A stretch of DNA of 63,865 bases, counting the filler, from Licmophora abbreviata (Eukaryota), in the NCBI GenBank assembly GCA_900291995.1. It is 22 parts of 22 records of this genome, joined end to end, with 100 filler letters (N's around TTAATTAATTAA, not from the genome) between each part and the next. Parts side by side here need not be neighbours in the genome. Positions count along the whole stretch, not along the records: positions 45,799 to 48,587 come from OLMU01006186.1; positions 48,688 to 50,560 come from OLMU01006187.1; positions 50,661 to 53,301 come from OLMU01006188.1; positions 53,402 to 55,034 come from OLMU01006189.1; positions 55,135 to 56,553 come from OLMU01006191.1; positions 56,654 to 58,144 come from OLMU01006192.1; positions 58,245 to 61,298 come from OLMU01006193.1; 15 more parts are not named here. One strand, written 5' to 3'. The position numbers were made by a program, and so were the translations under genes. Below the pieces are notes generated by a model that was not told the origin of the DNA, made no database searches, and was given only the letters and a program-made list of their open reading frames with translations. This document shows positions 48,500-59,933 of the stretch, piece after piece. Each line of letters starts with the position of its first letter. Position 1 is the stretch's first letter.

Positions 48500-50278
48500 T
48501 CATAGAGCATTCTTCCACTGTTCAGGAAACAAGTCGTCAGGGATCATGATCTCATGCCGGAATGCGCTGGGAAGGTGCATATCTGACNNNNNNNNNNNNN
48601 NNNNNNNNNNNNNNNNNNNNNNNNNNNNNNNTTAATTAATTAANNNNNNNNNNNNNNNNNNNNNNNNNNNNNNNNNNNNNNNNNNNNTGATCTCATGCCG
48701 GAATGCGCTGGGAAGGTGCATATCTGACGTATACGGACGATCAACGAACTGAAAGGCTTCTCGGGGAATACGCTCCAGAGCAGCAAAGTCTTCGTCCTCC
48801 TCATCTTCCAATTCAGCAGTGTAAAACGACCTGCCCGTTGTATGCATTTCTCGCTTTACAATCTTGCATCGACTCAAGCCCTCATCCGCATCCCATAGAA
48901 ACTCGTTCAGTCTATCCGGATAGAACATTTTCCAACTCTTGGTGTGAAGAAAGGCATTGAGGCATTTCAGTTCCGTGTTTGCAGGATAAGGAGCCTCCAC
49001 CGCTTCAAAGACAGTCCGCAGTACAACCTCGTCCCGATTCAGCTCATTGGCTCCGCGATAGATCTCGCTCCACGGTGTCCACATTGCCACATGTTGAGTC
49101 CAGGCTTCTTCCCATTCTTGACCGTAGTCCATGAAGATCTCCTCGTCCATGCGAATATCTCTCGTGGCGACCAATTCCATCGCCAATCCCGCTTCATTCA
49201 TTTGTCCCTCGAGCTCATCGACAGTTCGATCAAGCCAGCCAGGATGGTGATTACTCTTGGCTGGATCTGCCCACTGCAATCGGACATTGGCAAGTGTTCG
49301 ATTGTGATTCACAAAGCCGTCGTGGACACCGTAGGGAAATAGCAGCAGCGTTGACTCTCTGTGTCCAAAACAGTAATTCAATAGGAGTTGCTTGCTACCA
49401 TCCTTCAATTCCATCCCCTCCACTACGACGTTGTTGTCATTCTGATTGTACATTTCCATGACAGCTCGGTCAGGAAAGTGCAGAAGAGGCATGAGTGCTA
49501 CCACTGTTCCTTTCCTCAGATTGCGAGAGGCGAAAGCCCCTCGTCCAGCTTGAGGCAACGTAGATTGACGTACGTGCATATTGTCCGCACACATTCCATG
49601 TTGTTCAAGCCATTCCTCAGATCTATCCAGATCCCTACCATGCTCCGGATTTGCTCGCTGGTTTTCCATGACTACGACTCTCTCGTGGTCTTGTCGACGA
49701 CGTAACCAGTCATCCCCATACTCTACAAACAATTCATCACCCGCCTCTACTCTTTCCCTTGCAATAGCCCGTCGATCATGATAGTGACTTATCGCCCCCG
49801 CGCCCGGATGTTCTCGTCGATTGAGGCCTGCGTCATTGACTCGAACCGGAGTCATTTCCACTTGATAGCGTCTATTTCTACTAGTAGCAGTAGTGCCATC
49901 GCCCAAGAGAGTATTGACGGCGGCTCCAAAGCCTGGACTGAGTCCCACCACACTGCTCGCGGAGGACTCACTGTCCATCCCCAAGTTCTTCCCATTCCAA
50001 CAGTAATCTGTCATCAGCAAACCTGGCGGAAAGTAGTGGACTGCATCCACGATGGGGATCACGAGTTCGCCGCTAGACGCAAAGGGTTCGCCGGGTTCAA
50101 AGTCTCGCCCCGCAAACAATCCCAAACCTGCTCCAGGGATCGTGGAAGGAGCCAACCAGAGACCGCAAGCATCCGTGGTGGTGTCGACGTTAGCGTCATT
50201 CAGAGAGCCGTCTTTGGGATGGCTTGCTTGGGCTGGATGAGACAAGACGAGCAGTATCAACACGGCATACTGCATCAT
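48500..50278 (-). CDS. Signal-peptide-bearing tandem SET-domain protein (diatom BacSET-type); the C-terminus continues across the gap
   Basis: Signal MMQYAVLILLVLSHPAQA. SET 1: APSTIPGAGLGLFA..GDELFVEYG. SET 2: STLPQAGRGAFA..VNH..ATRDI..EEIFMDYG. A 40-nt contig overlap completes AFRHEIMIPDDLFPEQWKNAL*. Confidence 0.85.
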
Positions 50279-50329
50279 CGAAGGGTTCTTGGCAACACGC
50301 CGTATTCTCATTCCTGGAGGATTTCTGGA

Positions 50330-50866
50330 TCTATCCGCTTTCCCATTCCGCTTCCAGGGCACCGAAAAAGGGACAGAGTCAGTCACTGCGTACGCGCCAA
50401 CAAACCGCCATGGACCGGCGCAGTGCCATACTTGTTGTGCCATTGTCAACGCAATGTTTTGTGCGGGAAGGTCTTGCCGACGACCGTAACAAACAGTCAA
50501 ACCCAAGTTCGCGCGGTGTGGCGTACTCCTATCATACTAGCATGATACTACGAGTAGAACNNNNNNNNNNNNNNNNNNNNNNNNNNNNNNNNNNNNNNNN
50601 NNNNTTAATTAATTAANNNNNNNNNNNNNNNNNNNNNNNNNNNNNNNNNNNNNNNNNNNNATCTATCCGCTTTCCCCTTCCGCTTCCAGGGCACCGAAAA
50701 AGGGACAGAGTCACTGTGTACGCGCCAACAAACCGCCATGGACCGGCGCAGTGCCATACGTTTTGTGCCATTGTCAACGCAATGTTTTGTGCGGGAAGGT
50801 CTTGCCGACGACCGTAACAAACAGTCAAACCCAAGTTCGCGCGGAGTATCATACTAGCATGATACT
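50330..50866. repeat. About 200-nt near-identical duplication on both sides of a gap (50330-50546 vs 50661-50866)
   Basis: Direct comparison shows a few SNPs and small indels. Confidence 0.85.
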
Positions 50867-52258
50867 AGAACAAGTGAGTGTTGTTGTGGAATGCGTCGTA
50901 TGATACCAGGCACAGTGTTCTTACTGTCCTACAGTATGCATCATTACACATATCTACATAACACGGGCGACGATAGGGTGCCGTGCTCATAGGAATGCTG
51001 ACGAATCTTGGCGTGATTCGGGATGCATCACGCGTGGTAGTCACGAGTTTCGAGTTGCGTGATGGCTGGGACCACGTGCCAGACGCCGCCCACGGTGAGA
51101 TGGACGCCGTCGGAGACGCTGCAAGGAGCGGGGTCAAGAACCTCATCACGACTTGTGGACTCTCAACTTGAATGGTATATCACTCTGGTACGACTTTCTT
51201 GTATCGTTGCTATGATTTACTATGCTATTGGGAGAGTAGTACCTGTAGTCTCTCATTCTTGGATTCCTAGCCAGTTGCGGGCTATTAACTTGCGGCTCCC
51301 TGCCTCTTGGGCTCTTCCATGTGTCACGTCGTTGCACCGTCCCTATCCTTTATTAATAATAATGATGATTCATGACCTGCTTGTGTGTGCGGTCGCAAGT
51401 CGTGCGGTGTCGTCGGCGACGAGGCGGCGCCGTCGACGATTCCGTCTGCTCTGCCGGTTCGTCATGCAGCAGCAGACAGCGGGCCGTTCCAGTAATACCA
51501 GGAATGAAATAGGAAGAGGAGACGCGGTTGCTGTTGGCACTCCCATGACGAGACTCGAATCTAGTTTCTGGCATGATAGTATCACCATGCTGGGTAGCGA
51601 GAGACCGCTTGGAGGAGGATGATACTGTGGTGAGGATGCTCCGCGACGAGGAAGAAGCAGTCGATCCGAGGGTTCTCAGGGACGCGCCTTTCTGTTTCAT
51701 TCGAAGTAACCCTGGAAGTCCTGAATCCGACACTAGAGGAAGCGATCCTTCTAGACTTCTCCTGGAGCCGCTGCGCTCGTTGCGTTGACTGAGATTCATC
51801 GTGAAGGGAGAGAGCAGTTGATGATGCCGACACGAAGAAGAAAAAAGTGGGAAGTTTTTATCACGATAGATTGGAGAGGTGAAGCGTCAAGACAAGGAAT
51901 GAAGATGCGGCATAATTGTGTGACATTCTGCGAGGCTTACCAGCTTAATCAAATGGGTCACAATGTAGTCTTGGGCCTTTTTACTTTATATAGCTTTATG
52001 CCAAAATGACTGGACTTTCTGGTCGTGACATCGAGCTCTCTGCAGCTCAGAAATGAGATGAAAAGCTCACACCTCACACCTCGCCCTCAAACCTCAAATC
52101 TCAAATCTCATCTCAGCACACTCACTCTCGACTTTGACCATGACGTTTCGAATGCTTGCCGCCGCCGTTTCTCTCTCTCCACGAATCTAGCCATTTTTGA
52201 ACTCTTTTGGATCTCTTTATGATATAGCTCTCAGAAATTAAAAGAGAGACGTCTGTCG

Positions 52259-54147
52259 ATGTCCAAAAACGAAGGAAATCGCCTACTATCCATTGACCGT
52301 CAATTTTGGCTAGTTTTGTTCATCACCGCGATGATGAGCCTGGTGTCGTGCCATGAAACAGCTGGGTGGTCCGCTCTTAGGAGGTCAAGCGCCTTTTTGC
52401 TTACAAATAGAGCTCCAAACCGAAAACACCCGGTGAGGAGAAGATCTCAAGCTTTCTCGTTCTGTCGAAATGTCCATCCAGTCCGTTTTGTTGCTGCTGC
52501 TCATAGCATTGGGTCGATACAGAGTCGAGGGCAACGCCAATCTTGCTTCTTCTCGACGGAATCTTCCATCTCTTCTTCTTTGTCAAGCTACTCCTATGAA
52601 GAATTCTCGCAGCTGGCAGCCGAAATTCGCAGACACGACGCTGTCTACTACAATGATATAGATTCTATTAAACTATCCGACGACGAGTTTGATGCTTTGG
52701 TGGAACTAGAGGGACAGCTGTGCGTACAGTATCCCGACTTTCTGAAGCGACTTGAGGATGAAAGTGGGTTGGGGTCCATGGCGACTCGCTATGGAGGACG
52801 GGTGGGGTCATCGCATATTGCGGTTGAAGAATCGTCTGATGAAACTACGGTTGCAAAGACATCAGTGCCGTCAACGATGCTCCTAGGCGACAAGCTGTCT
52901 CACATCGCACCGATGCTGTCATTGGACAACGTTCACAATACAGAACAGCTTCATCAGTGGGTACAAAGAATGCAAAGACGTCTTTTGAAGAGTGATGAAT
53001 CATTTATGAATAGTACCACGTCGATTGAACTTGTGACGGAACCCAAACTGGACGGCTTGTCCCTGTCTCTTCGATACGAGCGGGTGGGTGATGACCGCAC
53101 TGCCTATACGCATCAATGGGCGGCGACGCGCGGAGATGGTCGAGAGGGGCAGAATGTCACGATAGCTGCCTTGCAAGCGCTCGACCTGCCCATTCATCTG
53201 AATTGGGACTCACCCAATGCACCCGCACTGCTGGAAGTCCGCGGCGAAGTCGTGCTGCCGCTGTCCAAATTCAATGACCTGTCCTCCAACTTTTCGAATG
53301 CNNNNNNNNNNNNNNNNNNNNNNNNNNNNNNNNNNNNNNNNNNNNTTAATTAATTAANNNNNNNNNNNNNNNNNNNNNNNNNNNNNNNNNNNNNNNNNNN
53401 NTGTTCCTCCTCGTCCCTCGAGACGACTCAAACGTCACTCCGCAGGCCTTGCGTGAACAGATTGCAGAGTTGCCTGGGTGGGGACCCAAATCTGCTCAGA
53501 ATCTTGCCAGTAGTGCAGAACGAATCGCAAAGAGTGGAGTTTCCCTTGGCCGATTCATCTTTTCGTTAAACATCCGTCATGTCGGGCAATTCTCTTCCAA
53601 CCTGATTGCATCAAGCTATGGGTCAGCTGAAGCCTTCTTAGAAGCTGTCGAGGATGCATCTCAGATGAAGGGGTCAGAAGAACAAGCGCAGGCATTCTCA
53701 TTACTTGCAGGCAATGCTGAGACCGAAGGAACGAAGGGGGTTGGCCCAGTGCTCCTCTCTTCGCTCGTTACATTCTCCAAGCAATCTGAGCTCGTTGAGG
53801 CTGCGAAGGAGTTAGCTAGAGTGGCTTTGGTGCATGAGGCGCAACGACCGCGAGACACGCCGTCGACCTCGACAGAGGCGGACGACAAGTTGCCTTGGAA
53901 AGGATTGACGATCGTCTTTACTGGAGCGATGCCTGATATGCCGCGACAAATGGCCCAGGACCTTGCTCGCGAAATGGGGGCTAAAGGGACTCCAGGTACG
54001 GTCAGCAAGTCAACGGACATTGTTGTCGCCGGTGATAAAGGAGGGAAAAAGCTCGAGCAAGCCAAAAAGCTAGGACTCCGCATAATGGAGACAGAGGAAT
54101 TCCTCAACCTTGTAAAGCAGTTTCGAGAAGGCGAGAGCGGCAATTGA
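52259..54147 (+). CDS. ligA: NAD+-dependent DNA ligase with an organelle-targeting N-terminal extension; central part in the gap
   Basis: Domain Ia IRRHDAVYY..SDDEFDAL, HIAPMLSLDN, EPKLDGLS (KxDG), TRGDG and EVRGEV. HhH LPGWGPKSAQNL and LNIRHVG. BRCT VFTG..VSKSTDIVVAG..GKKLEQAKKLG. Confidence 0.93.
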
Positions 54148-54244
54148 ATTGCATTCTGCCTTCTAAAAGATACAACTTTCAACAATTTTGTTTAAAAAGT
54201 GGAACTCTGTCAAAGCAATCTATGCTTGCAAAGGATTTGGCGGT

Positions 54245-55034
54245 CTACGCAACTGATTTTCGAGAGCGAAGCGGCTGAATTTCGCTGTATCCTTCGCCCA
54301 GGGATGGGAGCGCCAGCGAGCTTCTCACAAGATTGCTCCTGGAAGTCGAGAGGGGTCGGAAGAACTGACTTTCCTGTATTTTTCTGTTGAAACGCTTGTT
54401 AACTCTCATCGCAACTACGAAACCGAAACACGATCCCATTACTGCAACCAGGAGGATGACCATGATCATCACGAGGATGCTGGGTCCGTAGTAAACCGAG
54501 CCATAGCCGTATTCGTCATCGTCTGGAACAAAATCGTCGTCTGTAATTGTTCGATTCAATTCCACAAGCTGAGCAATGCCCCCGAAATCACACGTCGCTC
54601 CGTCACTATAATGGGTTGCCCAGTACTCTCCAATAATGTGATCGGCCTCGTGCAATAGATCCGACCCTGAAAGTTTGTCCAGGTATGTATAATTCTTGAC
54701 GCCTTCGCTGTTCAATACGTACTTCACCCCATTTCGAACTGTCTTGTCGATCTGACCTCTCCTCAACACACACTTAAATTCCCCAGCGTCCTCGCTCCTA
54801 CAAGCGTTCTTAATCTTGTCATCATTGAGGTTCCCCCGCGTTATCCACCCTCGTTCGAGCGCTGCCATGTACGACCATTGGGGGCCGTACAAGTCCGTTC
54901 GGAAATTCCAGAAATAAAAGCCATGTCCCACAAGAGAAAATGCGTTGATCTTTTTATTCGCGAGATGCGTCATTACGTTATCAGTGTCATCGAGTCGTTT
55001 GGGCGCTTGAGGTGGCGCTTGGATCCAATCGCGA
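54245..55034 (-). CDS. GH5 exo-beta-1,3-glucanase-like protein, C-terminal part with a TM anchor
   Basis: GFYFWNFRT...QWSY is the GH5 C-terminal motif. It is followed by CDFGG and TM ILVMIMVILLVAVMGSCFGFVV. Confidence 0.72.
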
Positions 55035-55134
55035 NNNNNNNNNNNNNNNNNNNNNNNNNNNNNNNNNNNNNNNNNNNNTTAATTAATTAANNNNNNNNNN
55101 NNNNNNNNNNNNNNNNNNNNNNNNNNNNNNNNNN

Positions 55135-56553
55135 CTTACACATGACCGCGCCCCGGCCCAACGACAACGCACCCCCTGTGTGGCTGCGCATGTCGAAATG
55201 CACGGCATACGCCGCGTCCACCCAGGTTCGCAACACTCCGAGGTCATCAGCCCCAATGATACGCACATCGTCAATCGTTCCCTTCACATATTGCAAGACC
55301 CGCTTCAGTTTCGACCAATCCTGTGTCGTACTGCATGACACCCGCGTGGTGAGGAACGCCACTGCTGTAAGCAAATCGGGGCGCCCTCGCTGTGAGACAT
55401 AAAGTAACTTCGCCACCACACTATGAAAAACTTCCGCATCCTTCTGACCAAGTGGGGCGGCGCTCTTGTCAACCGCGAATAGTCCCTTGGCTCCTGGTGT
55501 GGTTGCAGTCCGAGCGACCGGCTCCCCAAAATCGTGTAGCGCTTCCACCAAGTACTCCTGCATGCCAATTGTAACAGTCCGATCGTCGTTGAACGTGATA
55601 TCCATCCCTAGGAACGTGTGCTTTCGTCCTCTGGTCACCGACATTTTCCCAAATTTGCACTCGATTGCGTCTATAATCTCTGTCACCACGTCCGGATCCA
55701 CGTGTGAAATCTTGTTGTCGTCAACGAACCAGCCGACGGTACACTGCTTTCCGTTGATGTCACAGTTTGCCACGCACGGGTCGTAAGGGTTCAGCACAAA
55801 CCCTCGCTCCTTTAGAGTGCTGGAGAACAACTCATACCATAGTAGTGCGGATTTCACACATCCGTACAGTGCCTTCAGCAGTTGTACATACAGCGTGTTC
55901 CTCCCATTCTCAACTGTGACGAATTCCTTGTACTTGGGGTCAACCGACTGCAGTATGTCTACTGCCTCCCCTGTCAACTTCAACACGACGAAATCGTCCA
56001 TATCTGCGTGCAGGTACGCTCCTTCAACGTCAGCAGTTGCCACGTCTCTACCTTCGTGTGCATCGATCATCAAGGACAACATGAGGGCGTCGTTCGAGAT
56101 GGTGGGGGATGTTGTCTCTGCGCGCGCGTAGAGTGCCTTCTGCGGTCGACCATCTGCACACGTCCTCCCTTTCAAGGTCCCATTCCTCTTTTCCTTGATC
56201 AGATTAATTGCTCGTAGCGCCTTGGTTCGCTCCTCCCTACTCAGGCTCCCCGCTGAGACTGGCTTGAAAACTCCTTTGTCGTTCAATTGGGCGAACTCCT
56301 TGAACATCGCGTCGATGGCTGCCTGCCCATGTTTCCGGATCCCTGCTGTCGCGGTCATCTGCGTCATCATGTGCCCACACACATAACGATGTACTGCTTC
56401 ACTGTCCTCATCAAGGTCATTGAAGGCTTCCTGCAACAACTGTACCCCGGTATCGTAACTGTGCCGGTCGTTCGATGCATCCATTTGATTCGCAAGACGG
56501 TGGTTGTAGTTTCGCTCCCTGTTTGGCCGCAGATTGTATCGACCCACTTCCGG
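55135..56553 (-). mobile_element. Ty1/copia (CoDi-like) LTR retrotransposon pol fragment: reverse transcriptase and start of RNase H
   Basis: KGRTCADG, DVEGAYL, LKALYG.VKSALLWY, FVDD, RPDL and WVDAAYAVH..RSHTG. The ORF is uninterrupted across the whole contig. Confidence 0.95.
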
Positions 56554-56994
56554 NNNNNNNNNNNNNNNNNNNNNNNNNNNNNNNNNNNNNNNNNNNNTTA
56601 ATTAATTAANNNNNNNNNNNNNNNNNNNNNNNNNNNNNNNNNNNNNNNNNNNNAGATATATGCAAATATTTAATCCTTGTGAAATATACGACTGATTCGA
56701 CTAATTCATTCTTCACAGTACTCGTACTTGATGGCGTATCATAGTCCTTGCGCGGCTGTTGATTGAACTTCAAAGTCCTCACCACCACTTCAAGATTGTA
56801 TTTTTGTAAGTTCAAAATCTCGTAGATTTCTACACTGACTGTACTACAGAACAGTTGAACCTCTCTTCAACTTCCTCTCACATTTTGCTGTCCTTATCAC
56901 AAGACAGCATTCACAATCGAAGCGCAGTGCCCTATTCGCACCAAAACAGCCTGTGACGACCCGTGAGTTGCCCGCATCCGCACTCTCTTTCAAC

Positions 56995-57870
56995 ATGATT
57001 CGCCTTTTCCAGACTGCACTCCTGCTCTCCTCGACATGCCCTAGTTATCTTACGTTTGGGTTCACGCCACCGCTGTCTCCTCTCGCGACGACCTTTACTC
57101 ATTCCCAGCGTCTGTCGGGAAAGGTGGGAGCTGCTGTATCGACTTCGACCACAGACTTGACTACGGACTATGTCCTCACAGCCAGTACTGTCGAACCAGA
57201 AAACCTAAATGCGGTTTCCATGCCGTCGCCCTATCGCTCTGCTTCCATCGCTTGGGCCGAGTTGAGGAGGAGCGAGATTCAGGAGCATCACGCGAGAAGT
57301 AGTACTTTCACAAGTAGTGAGAAGGCGGTGGCTGGACCTTTGACTCTTGAAGAAGAAGTGCCTCCCACAGTGTCCAAGGCCCAGCCTCGCGGCTTGGCAT
57401 ATTCGAAAGCCACCGTGCAATCAACGAGTGCGCCGTTCTTGTCGACCGATTCCATTGAGGAATCGGAGCAAGAGACAACAACAGAGCAAGGCCCCGAGCT
57501 TCGCGGACTGACCTATTCAAACCTCAGGCTAGCCTTGTTGGAGAAGAAACGAGGCATCGTCCCCCGTGGGCTAGCTTACTCCAAGGCGAGACTTGCCATG
57601 GTACAGAAGGGTTTGGCATGGAACGGAAGCACATTCCCTTCGCCGCCTCCCGCCGAAGACATCCTAGAGGAGGATGCTTCTGTGCCTGAAGCACGGGGCT
57701 TATCCTATTCAAACGCTCGATCTTCCGTTTCAAACCAGGATCAGATTGATACGATGGCGAGTGCTACCGTGGCGTCATCTCCCTCAATGGGTCAGGAGGA
57801 GGACCAAGCGACTTCTCAGCACGAAGAAGTCGAGAGCTTGATGCAAGTATACACCCGTGGCTACTATTAG
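56995..57870 (+). CDS. RGLxYS-repeat protein, copy A (plastid-type presequence, 4 motifs)
   Basis: N-terminus MIRLFQTALLLSSTCPSYLTFGFTPP. Motifs at 57388, 57502, 57565 and 57694. Confidence 0.75.
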   Translation: MIRLFQTALLLSSTCPSYLTFGFTPPLSPLATTFTHSQRLSGKVGAAVSTSTTDLTTDYVLTASTVEPENLNAVSMPSPYRSASIAWAELRRSEIQEHHARSSTFTSSEKAVAGPLTLEEEVPPTVSKAQPRGLAYSKATVQSTSAPFLSTDSIEESEQETTTEQGPELRGLTYSNLRLALLEKKRGIVPRGLAYSKARLAMVQKGLAWNGSTFPSPPPAEDILEEDASVPEARGLSYSNARSSVSNQDQIDTMASATVASSPSMGQEEDQATSQHEEVESLMQVYTRGYY

Positions 57871-57958
57871 GCTGACTGTCTGTACCGGTACACATCCCAG
57901 CAGAGAGAAGAAGTGCCACAGTACGTACCGGTAGGTTGCCCGGACATCAGGTACCGGT

Positions 57959-58431
57959 ACGTACGTGGGTAGCTAGGGTAACGGAGGAAGATTGACTCGC
58001 ACAGAGGTAATGCTAGCGTTGCGACTGTACATTCAGACAAGTCACACTCGTAGCCGTATCCATGGATTCATCAGCCGCTCCCGTCCTAGTAGCAGACTTG
58101 ATTCGTAGCCATGAACGTTCAATGTTGGACCAATTATCATTTTANNNNNNNNNNNNNNNNNNNNNNNNNNNNNNNNNNNNNNNNNNNNTTAATTAATTAA
58201 NNNNNNNNNNNNNNNNNNNNNNNNNNNNNNNNNNNNNNNNNNNNACGTACGTGGGTAGCTAGGGTAACGGAGGAAGATTGACTCGCACAGAGGTAATGCT
58301 AGCGTTGCGACTGTACATTCAGACAAGTCACACTCGTAGCCGTATCCATGGATTCATCAGCCGCTCCCGTCCTAGTAACAGACTTGATTCGTAGCCTTGA
58401 ACGTTCAATGTTGGACCAATTATCATTCTAT
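57959..58431. repeat. About 186-nt near-identical duplication flanking a gap (57959-58144 vs 58245-58430)
   Basis: Direct comparison shows about three substitutions. Confidence 0.88.
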
Positions 58432-58573
58432 AATCATGCTGTTGTACCAGCTTGCAGACCCTACACAACACATCGATCTAGGCATTGCCGTCCGCCGTCC
58501 GCGACATCATTCCCACCGGAGTTGAAGTTCAAAAGTGCCTCCGTAGCATTCTACGTATTGTCGGTACGTACTG

Positions 58574-58833
58574 GTACTGTGCTGACAGTCTTCAAGTTGA
58601 ACAACCGAAAACAATTCTGATGAGTTTCTAATTTGAAACTGCCTCCATCGTGGTCACTTGAGCTCATTCCTTTCTCATAGACATATCACAGTACTATGCT
58701 GCTGACAGTCTTCAAGTTGAAGCTCACACGTCGCACAACCGAAAACAATTCTCATTGAGTTTCAAATTGCCTTCGTCACTCTGCGTTCTTCGTCTTCGTC
58801 TTCGTTGAGATTCATTCCTTTCTCATAGACATA
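58574..58833 (+). repeat. Imperfect tandem duplication (two units of about 110-140 nt) immediately upstream of copy B
   Basis: gctgacagtcttcaagttgaa, acaaccgaaaacaattct and tcattcctttctcatagacata each occur twice, in the same order. Confidence 0.85.
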
Positions 58834-58859
58834 CAAGAATTGCGGTTGTACCAGGCAAA

Positions 58860-59933
58860 ATGCGTCTCTTTCAGGTTGCTGTGTTGCTTTCGGTGTGGCA
58901 TCGGCTGGTGGCGACGGCGTTCACTGTGACTCCCGAAGTCTCCTCGTTTCAAAGAAGGAAAACAAGAGGAACTCGGGTCGCGAGTTCTGCTTCTGACTCG
59001 TTCAACGGCTACGGCACAGTGAGTGTGGCACCGGACTCCAAGTATCCCGGAGGCAGCACTCCTCTCTATCCTGTGGTGCCACAGGCAAGAAGTGGCACGA
59101 CAGAAGGTGGTTCCTGGTATGGCGGTGCAGAGGTGCGAGAAATGTGCGAGATGCGCTTTGCTCCTCCTCCGATCCATGAGACTACGACAAGTAGTAGCAC
59201 GATGCCCCCATCTTCGTTCATGAATGAGGTGGAAACGGATCCCATGCATGCTGTTTCAACTACTTCTCTCGCGCGCACCGTTGAGTCTACTACTGCTCCC
59301 GTGCCCGCCCTTGCAACTTCCACTCCTCCCGTGCCCGCCGTACCTACTACTAAGCCTGTGGCAGAAGAGTTTGAGAAACCGGTACAGGCGGAGTCAGTCA
59401 CCCCCGTAGCACGGAAAATGACGCCAAAGGCAGACCACCTGATGCCTCGTGGCCTTGCATACTCGAAAGCCAACTTGCCAGCAAATAGTGCGACTTCTCC
59501 TCTTATCGAGAAACCGCTTCCCGTGGTGGCTACAGGGGAAGCACTAAAGATGGACAAGAATCTTTCGCGGGGTCTGGCCTATTCGAAGATCAGGATGGCT
59601 CTCTTGAAAAAGAAAAGAGCCCCCATTGCTGCATCCATCCCCCGCGGCCTGAAGTACTCCATGACCAGGCTTGCCATGATGAAGAAGAGTCAGGTAAAAA
59701 ACGGAAATCCTATTTCTTCTGCTTCCAATCCCGTCGACGATACAATGGAGGAGCCTCTTGAGACGGAAGCCGAGGAAGAAGCAATCCCGTTTCCTCGGGG
59801 CTTGTCCTATTCGAAGTTTAGGTCAAGCTTGTTCAAGAATGACAGCGCGAACAATCGCTCTACTAGTGGTACCCAGACCTATGACAAGGGTGCAGTATCA
59901 TATGAGTCCATGGGGAGTTTGATTGGCGCTTAA
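58860..59933 (+). CDS. RGLxYS-repeat protein, copy B (signal peptide ending ATAF, 4 motifs)
   Basis: N-terminus MRLFQVAVLLSVWHRLVATAFTV. Motifs at 59448, 59568, 59643 and 59796. Confidence 0.8.
   Translation: MRLFQVAVLLSVWHRLVATAFTVTPEVSSFQRRKTRGTRVASSASDSFNGYGTVSVAPDSKYPGGSTPLYPVVPQARSGTTEGGSWYGGAEVREMCEMRFAPPPIHETTTSSSTMPPSSFMNEVETDPMHAVSTTSLARTVESTTAPVPALATSTPPVPAVPTTKPVAEEFEKPVQAESVTPVARKMTPKADHLMPRGLAYSKANLPANSATSPLIEKPLPVVATGEALKMDKNLSRGLAYSKIRMALLKKKRAPIAASIPRGLKYSMTRLAMMKKSQVKNGNPISSASNPVDDTMEEPLETEAEEEAIPFPRGLSYSKFRSSLFKNDSANNRSTSGTQTYDKGAVSYESMGSLIGA

Noticed and set aside
50865..51833. Ser/Arg-rich minus-strand ORFs (51353-51799, 50865-51149) as a gene
   Set aside because: Possibly a low-complexity gene, but I could not support a consistent exon structure or domain.
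30515..54147. Bacterial contamination or an operon explaining the histidine kinase, fabD and ligA
   Set aside because: The kinase and fabD have spliceosomal introns, fabD and ligA have eukaryotic targeting presequences, and the neighbouring genes are eukaryotic.
56654..56950. LTR of the adjacent copia element
   Set aside because: No second copy, TG..CA boundaries or primer-binding site identifiable in the window.
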